A stretch of DNA of 61,476 bases, counting the filler, from Dugesia japonica (taxonomy: Eukaryota): assembly GCA_001938525.1 (NCBI GenBank). It is 5 parts of 5 records of this genome, joined end to end, with 100 filler letters (N's around TTAATTAATTAA, not from the genome) between each part and the next. Parts side by side here need not be neighbours in the genome. Positions count along the whole stretch, not along the records: positions 51,752 to 61,476 come from MQRL01644181.1; 4 more parts are not named here. One strand, 5' to 3'. Under the pieces are notes generated by a model. That model was not told where the DNA came from, did not search any database, and saw only the letters and a program-made list of their open reading frames with translations. The translations under genes were made by a program, and so were the position numbers. Below, piece by piece: positions 53,730 through 61,476 of the stretch. Position 1 is the first letter of the stretch, and each line of letters begins with the position of its first letter.

Positions 53730-54090
53730 TATTTTAGAAGTGTTTGGAAATGTTGCAGAGTTTCCATGAAATGTCGAAATAATATGAAGAATTTCAGAGA
53801 AGTGTCGGAATATTATAAAGAATTTCCGAGATTTATTAAAATTTTATACAGAATTTCAGAGAAGTGTTGAAATATTCTCAAATCCTTTGTAAAACAATGG
53901 GAAAAGAATGCAAAACTTTCCGAGATATATTCAAAGTTTACACAGAATTTCAGAGAAGTGTTGGAAAATTATTCCAAATTTCCGAGTAGTCGTGACGGTT
54001 TATTCAAATTTTCACAGAAGTCATGGAAATATATCTAAAATTTCCGAGTAGTGGGTGTAAATTAATAAAGATTTCACAGAAGTCATAAAT
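53730..54090. repeat. Minisatellite, ~30-31 bp unit
   Basis: (G)AATTTC(A/C)GAG(AAGTG) recurs at about 53790, 53820, 53851, 53945, 53977, 54007, 54039 and 54070. Confidence 0.8.
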
Positions 54091-54949
54091 TGTTATACAC
54101 TGATAAAATATTTCATACACTATTTAACTATGTCCACGGACTTCCATTGTAATCATACATTTGTATTTCTTTAGATTAATAAAAAATTGTTACACATATT
54201 TGTTTGATGGGTACAAGTCATCGATTCTTGACAATAGTGTACTTAAAATTTGAATGTTATCTAGTCATATTTCAAAAGGAAATATGTTTACTATTCATTT
54301 TAAATAATTTTGATTTAAATTATTAATTAATTATATTAACATTTTAAATATATTTTGTTTAAATTCATTGTTTGCAACAAATGTAATCTTTTCAAATTTC
54401 TAAAATTTGTTCTTCATGTATATAAGTCAAATCTTTCAGAAATTGTTCAATATTACAAAGGAAAGCATGTCGACACTTGTATACATTTTATCTACACCAG
54501 TACAAATCATTAAACCCGTTACATCCCTTAACCAAATATAGACAATAAACCTAGTACATTCAATGAACCTGATACATTCATCAAACTTATACATTCAATT
54601 CATTTACGTATTTGGCTTACATATTATATTCAATGCTGTCATTCAGCTTAATCAACTCGTTCATGTTAAGCAATACAGTTACCTTATCCATTGAATATGA
54701 TTAATTTGTCCTATTAGACATAAATCAATAAGTAAAAGTCACTATTTTCATTAAAATAAACACTAAGCTGATTCNNNNNNNNNNNNNNNNNNNNNNNNNN
54801 NNNNNNNNNNNNNNNNNNNNNNNNNNNNNNNNNNNNNNNNNNNNNNNNNNNNNNNNNNNNNNNNNNNNNNNNNNNCTTCAAGGTAAATACCGTAAATTAA
54901 TCCATTAATCAATGAACACAGCAAAGTCTATATGCGTCTACATATACAA

Positions 54950-56340
54950 AGCTAATGGATAGAGTTAGCAAATAAGTACAGTAACATAATATGATAGAGT
55001 GAAACCAATGGGATACAGTAAAACCGATGAATATGTTAGTACAGTAAGCCAATAAGATAAAGTAAACCCCAAGTAATACAGTAAACTAAGGTGTAACAGT
55101 GAAACCGATGATCTTAGTAAAGCCCGTGTGTTACAGATAAAACCAGTGTAATATATGAATTACAACCATTGATGTGTAATTTAATTACACCTATGCACAC
55201 ATTGTAGTCGCCTATGCGCAAATTATCACCACCTATGTGTAAAATATATCAAACTATGTACAAATGATTGAAAGTTATGAGTAAATTATAACGAATATGA
55301 ATAAATTATAGTCATATATAAGCAAATCGTAACCAACTATTTTACATTGAGACATTAATTTGAACCTTTTTAAGTCTAAATTTCATTTTAATAACTTAAA
55401 TTTATAAAATGTCTATAGATATACACAAAATATATACTAAGTCCATAAGAAATTCCATTAAAATGTATAGACCCATAATTAAAATAAAACTTAATTTTAT
55501 TAAGATTTATTAAATTTCCATTAATCTCAGTAAAATTACTTAAATTTTATTAATTTCACTAATTTTCATCGAAAATAATAAGTTTAATAGACTTATAGTT
55601 ATCATTGAATGTACTCTATTGTCTTTGTTTTGTAGAGTTTAGCAGTTGTATTTAAACAGTAGACCAACGGTTATAATAAAATCATAGAAAACAATGTAAT
55701 AATATAGACAAATTTATTAAGATTTATTAAAATTTCCATTAATTTCCTTAATTTATAAATTTAACAGAGTTTAGCAAGGGATTTAGAAAAGACAGTAAAT
55801 AGATCAAACAAGTGGATAAAGTAAGCAAATGGGTATAGAAAACCTATCTGATACAGTAAAACCCATGACTTTCAGTAAATCAATAGAAAGAGTAAGCCAA
55901 TGTAACACAGTACACCCATGTATTTCAATAAAGCTAATGTGACACAGTAAAGCCAATGTATTTCAATAAAGTCAATGGATACAGTAAATCCCATGTGTTT
56001 CAATGCAGCTAATATAACACAGTAAAGCCCATGTATTTCAATAAAATCAATGGTCACAGTAAACCAATGGATAGAGTAAACCAATGTGACACAGTGAGCC
56101 CATGTATTTCAGTAAACCAGTGTGACACAGTAAAACCCACATGTTGCAGTAAGGCTAATGTGTTTCAATAAAACCATTGTAACACAGTAAAGCCCATGTG
56201 GTACTGAAAACCAATGGAATATAGTAAACTAAAGTGTAGTAGTAAGCCTATGTGATATAGTAAACAAAAAGTTTTAGTAAGCAAATGAATATAGTAAGTT
56301 AGTAGATATAGTAAAGTAGTGGACATTGTAAACCAATGAA
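54950..56340. repeat. Minisatellite arrays: ~18-19 bp CAGTAAACCAATG-type monomer (54950-55150 and 55790-56340, partly as a ~37-bp dimer) and a ~21-bp AATTA..ACCTATG unit (55180-55330)
   Basis: For example AATGTGACACAGTAAAGCCAATGTATTTCAATAAAGTC, repeated with variation. Confidence 0.8.
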
Positions 56341-57523
56341 CACCAATTAACAACACACATAGATAGTATTTTGTCATATTATATGCTGAAATCAGTCAAT
56401 TCAAGTAAATTATTAAATTTATTACAATAATTTAATATAATTTTAGTCTATTAATCTAATCTAACCTAATTATGTTTAGAAAAATATGTACTATTAAGAA
56501 AAATTATTTAAAATTAATAAGTCTTGTAATTTAAGTTTATCTTTTTATTTTGTAAATTTTTGAAATTTTTGAAAATTAAAATTTTACATGTGTTACCATA
56601 GCAATATTTTAATAGTTTTAATTTTTTATCAATGTAATATTATTATTTTAGTTTTTTCAATTTTTTAATGTAAATAGTTTGTAAAAATTTTAACGCTTTT
56701 TTTGAAAAATTATTTAAATTTATATCATAAAAATCATTAAAATTTGTCATTTACTAGAAAAATCATGAATTTAAAATAAAATGTAAAATTTTGAAATTNA
56801 ATGAAAATGAATTAAAATTAACACATGAAATAAAACTATTAGAAGGAAGAATTTTTATATAGAGAACTCTATACATAAAATGTTCAGCTTTTGATTTTGA
56901 GTTTAATGGTCTAAAAATATTTTGAAAAAAATTAATATTATTTTAATTATAATTATAACTTATAATTAATTATATAATTATATATTATTTTGAGAACCAT
57001 GCATGTTTTTACAACAAGCCCTATAGGAAATATATTCAGTTTTTAATTCTGAGTTTAAAAATATCAAATTTGTTTGGTCATTATTATTATTTTTAGAATA
57101 AATAATTAATTTTATTTAAGGTGGGACATGACACCTAACCATTTTCTATCTTTTGAACTGAAAATATTTTTACAACAAACCGTATACAAAATATGTTTAG
57201 AATTTTAATTTGAATCGAATGCTGTTATTTTCATGACCATACGACAAGTATTGCTTGAGAAATCTATGAAACAAGGTCAACTGTTTAAAATTTAATCGAA
57301 AAATCTAAAAAACAAATTTACAATATTCGACCTTCCCGAGCTAAAATTCAACCGTTCCAGCCAGAATTCAAAAAAGATTTTCACATATTCGTAACGACTA
57401 ATCAAAATGCTTCCATATTAAAACAGTCAAAACAATGAAATTAGTAAAACAGTCAGCGAAGGTGGGGGGAGGGGGGGAGGGGCGGGGAGTGCTGTTCTAG
57501 TGCGCTAGTATCCTACTACTACT

Positions 57524-60500
57524 ATCCCCGTTTTCAAGAAACTTCTAAGTTTTCCACAATTCTTTCTAATCGCTGTCAATTTTCTCCTTGTACCGCATAT
57601 CGTCTTTCGTGAATTCTCTCAATTATTCGATAAGGTCCTTCAAATCTGTCTTGACTTTTATTTCTTGTTTCATTCTTAATGAGTACAAAATTGCCACTTT
57701 AAATTCTCTATTTGTATTCTCATTTGAAGTGTTTTCTTTAGTTTTACCGGAAACGTCTTACTCATACCATTATTCTCTGCTAATCTTCTTTTCAAATACG
57801 ATCTCAGCTATGCTTACTCCAGTCGTCTTTTGCTTTGTTGCAGTCATTGTAAATTCTATTTCTGGTAAAAGATCTGTTCAATCTTTCTTTCCTGAAGTGT
57901 TGCATTAATTAAATCTCGAATTTTCCTGAACTGTCTTTGGATTTATCAGTTTGCATTATGATAATAGTGACTCAAAAAGCAAAGTTCAATATATAACTTC
58001 AGTGCAAACTCTCTCATAACTCTGGATTCAAAAGATTTTCCACAATCGAGTCTTATTTCTCTTGACATCCAAATCTCAATATCCACTTTTCAAAAATAGC
58101 TTTTGGTATTGTTTCCTCGTCTTGTCTTGGCAATGGTATAAGAACCAAATATTTATTGTACTGGTCGATTATTCTAAGAATGTATTTTTTTCGTCCACTT
58201 GTTTCTCGCATTGGCTCACATATATATGTGAATATGACTTCAAACAAATTTTTAGCTTCTAATCTCTTTAGTTGTTGTCGTCACTACTTTGATCTTCTGA
58301 CAAATTTTACAACTACAAAATATTTTCTGTATTTGGCTCCACAAATATTTTGCTATGTATTTGTTTCTCATGTATTAGTGCACCTCCTCAACTCTTGCAT
58401 GACATAAATATTTATGTATTTCTTCTATTGTCTTATGTATTTTGTTCTCCGAAAATTTTATTTTCTTGATTAAATCTGTGTCCTCAGAAATGTTTAAATG
58501 TTTTTCTTTTTCCTTTTCAATCATGTTTAGTATTCTCATTTTAATCTTCTCTTTCTTTGCATCTTCATATGACATTTAATATTGTACACATAACTCACAT
58601 CTTGGTCTAGATCCAATATCTGCATTACCATGTTGAATTCCTTTCTTTATTCCAAAAACATATCTAGACTACTCAGATGATTAATCCATATCTGAAATTG
58701 CGATGTAATTGCTTTCTTCGTCGTAATCATGAAGATTAGAGCTTTGTGATCTGTTCAAAGAGTAAATCTTCTAACGTACAAATAGTGTTTGACGTGCCTG
58801 CAGAAATAATAAACAGCCAATAACTCTTTTTCTGTAATGCAGTATCTCTTTTCATGTCTCATCATTAAGTGTGATCCATATGCAACAACTCTTTTTCTTC
58901 TTTTCTTATATCTCTGTGACAATACTGCTTGAATTGTATGAAAACTAGAATCTTTATCTAATATAAATTCTTTGTTTATGTCTGGAAAACCCAATATTGG
59001 TGCAGTTATTAGAGAATTTTTAAGACACTCAAAAGTATTGTTTATTTCATCTGTTCATTTTAATTTTTTTGTTGCTTGGCCCGCTACAAAACTGCTCTAA
59101 GATCCTTGATTTTCTTGCATAGTTTTCTATAGACTTTCTGTAATAATTACATATTCCTAAAAAACTTCGTAACTTCTTCACACAGTTAGGTTAGCCCAAT
59201 GTTCTTATTACTTCAATTTTAGACAGATCAGTTCTGACACCATTCTTGCTAATTATGTGCCCAAGAAACTTTATTTTTTTCTTTGAAGAAACTGACATTT
59301 TTACGGATTAATTCTTAGACCAGCTTTTATTATTTCCATCAATACTCTTTCAATTACTTTATAGTGTTGATCTGTTTTGTTCGTAAATATCAGGATATTA
59401 TCAAGATAAACCGTAGCTCCATTGATTCCGCCTACCACCTTTGTCATCATCTCTTGAAATGTCCCTGGTGCCGCTGCGATGCCGAATGGCATTCTATTAA
59501 AACAATATTGTCCATGCTTTGTGGAAATCGCCGCTTTTTCTTGATATACTTCTTCGAGCTCTACCTGATAGGATGTATTTCCAAAATCTATTGAACTGAA
59601 ATATTTGGCTCCATCTAACTTGTCCAGCATTTCATTGGCATTAAACATCGGAAAGGCTTGTCTTTTCGTTACAGCATTCAATTGTCTAAAATCCAAACAT
59701 ATTTTTATGTCTTTCTTTACTTTTTTCCAAGCAGAGATCAGTGGGGTATTCGATGGAGAGTTGCATTTCCTGATATTATTATTTTCGAAAAGGTTTTGAA
59801 TAGCTTCTTCAATTTTAGATTCTAAGTTTATTGGTTGTCTATATGGTTTTACATTGATTTTTTCACCACTTGTGAATATTTTGTGTCTTGTCAAATGTGT
59901 GCATCCTATCTCATTTATCTCCTATAAAAGTATCTTTTTTACTTTCAATTATTTTCAATAACCGTTGATCCTCTTTAATCTTCAAAATATTTAAAGCTCT
60001 TGTATATCGCTCTCTTTTTTTATTTTGCCTACAAAATTTTGCTTTAGTATTACAAATGTAATTTTCAACTTTTTCAATTGTTTTGTAATCGACCTTTTGC
60101 ATAAGCTGGTATCTCAAAATCTTCTGCATATATATTCCTCCAATCAGATCTGGTGTTACTCTTTCAGCAAATCAATCTTAATCTCTTTGCAAACTTCATC
60201 AATTATAACTCCAATTCTAACTTTCCCAACCATTTCAAGTGTACTATTATTGGCACAACGTAATCTTTCATCACTCATTTCTAAATGTACTTCTCGTAAT
60301 TTATTAAATCAACTCAAACTCATAACGTTAATTCTAGCTTCTGTATCTAATAGACATTTTACTTTATTTTCTTGAATTGAGACAGTAATAATTGGTCTGC
60401 CTTGAAATTTATGGTACGAAATATTTGTTTTTTGTTCTGCTTCAACTGTTCCAATCCATTCTACTTTTATAACATCCAAAACATCTTCTCTCTTTAAGAA

Positions 60501-61476
60501 CTGGTAAACGTTTTCTGTAACTTTTACTATATTATACCACTTTTCGACCTCTTGAGGATAATTACTATTTTCATTTTTTTCGTTTTTTAACAATGGATGG
60601 CTCCAACAAACTCCTCTACTGGTAGAGCCCTGCCTTTTGGGTACTGCCTTTTGGAATCACTTTCATATACTTCATCATATCTATCGTTTATACTGACATA
60701 TTCATCTGCAATTGCATGTACTCGATTATATCGGTTTCTTGATCTTTCTGCAGTCCTAAATTTCTCACTTGTTCTTTTCATTTTTAAATTTCTGTAGCAC
60801 TCTTCTGCCCTATATCCACCATTACTACATCGTTGACACCTAATTTCTTGACATAACCTTTTAATATGACCAACCTTTCCACAACCAAAACATTTTGTTG
60901 ATTTATTGTTTGGACAATCTCGACTTATATGTCCTGTTTATGACAAGTCCAACACTCTACTACTTTTTTGGTTGGACAATTTTCTTTAGTATGACCGATC
61001 TTATGACATGAACAACATTCGGTATTTTACTTTTTTTTCTTTTCTTCACATATCTATTCACTGTGTGATTTACCGGTTTCTGATAATTTTGATCTGTAAC
61101 TCTCACGTAACTTCATACTGTATCAACTCGATCTCTGTTTTTCTCTACTCAATCTACTGACGTCATTGTTTCTTCAATTTCTTCTATATTCTCTCGTTTC
61201 CGCCAAGTCACTTCTTCTTCAACTTTTTTGTTATCTGAACAATATACTAGCATCTTTGCAACCATATTTTGTTTTGTAAAATCTTTATTTGTAAATAATC
61301 ATTTTACTAAATCTTTTACATTTCTAAAATAAACTTGAATCTTTTCATTTTCACGCCTGTCGTTAATCAAATTTTGATAACATCTTTATCTTTTTCAAAT
61401 GCCATACGTAAACGAGCCTGAAATCCTTCAACTTTTTTCAACGTCTTTGCATATTCTTCCAACAAATCTTCATCTA
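57524..61476 (-). mobile_element. Ty3/Gypsy copy, nearly complete gag-pol (decayed); 5' end beyond window, 3' LTR absent
   Basis: gag with knuckles, LLDTEA, RMPFGIAAAPGTFQ..YLDNIL, ITEKELLA, HKYLCHA; same family as the 19 kb, 24 kb and 41-44 kb copies. Confidence 0.92.
60599..60641 (-). promoter_or_regulatory. Candidate -1 ribosomal frameshift signal at the gag/pol overlap
   Basis: In-frame slippery heptamer C CCA AAA (60641-60635) followed by the hairpin CTCTA-CCAG-TAGAG and a GGCTC/GAGCC pair. pol is in the -1 frame, and the heptamer is conserved at 43640-43646. Confidence 0.6.

Larger units (their letters stand above)
51834..57523. mobile_element. Non-coding region bounded by imperfect inverted AGTAG termini (candidate non-autonomous Polinton-like element)
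   Basis: Left end AGTAGATAGATAGTAGCGGTCTAGAACAGCCCAC; right end (reverse complement) AGTAGTAGTAGGATACTAGCGCACTAGAACAGCAC; both are followed by C-rich runs. No TSD. Confidence 0.5.

Noticed and set aside
55790-56340. CRISPR-like array, or ORFs 55872-56084 and 56165-56377
   Set aside because: Degenerate head-to-tail minisatellite with no unique spacers and no cas genes; the ORFs are by-products of the repeat.

Overview
AT-rich eukaryotic draft-genome sequence. A flatworm/planarian-like animal is inferred from the RbAp48 exon, a 57-bp intron and the TE content, but this is not proven. The window is five sequence blocks joined by an artificial 100-bp linker (N44-TTAATTAATTAA-N44 at 10775, 29084, 39480 and 51652), so adjacency across linkers is unreliable. 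Block 1 (1-10774) holds a decayed endogenous Polinton/Maverick (adintovirus-like) virus. On + it has a penton C-terminus, an adenain-like protease, a putative fibre and a 2-TM protein. On - it has a Zn-finger/OTU-like/EndoVII-containing protein-primed PolB, an HTH gene, a small TM gene and a coiled-coil gene. It ends in an AGTAG...CTACT fold-back that abuts a second, interrupted protease. Related AGTAG-type termini recur at 11.4 kb, 12.2 kb, 51.8 kb and 57.5 kb. The remaining blocks contain two host genes (the last exon of RBBP4/RbAp48 and the 3' exons of a WNK-like low-complexity protein), six decayed Ty3/Gypsy copies, a near-intact DD38D Tc1/mariner element, MITEs and minisatellites. All calls come from reading motifs by eye; no database searches were run.
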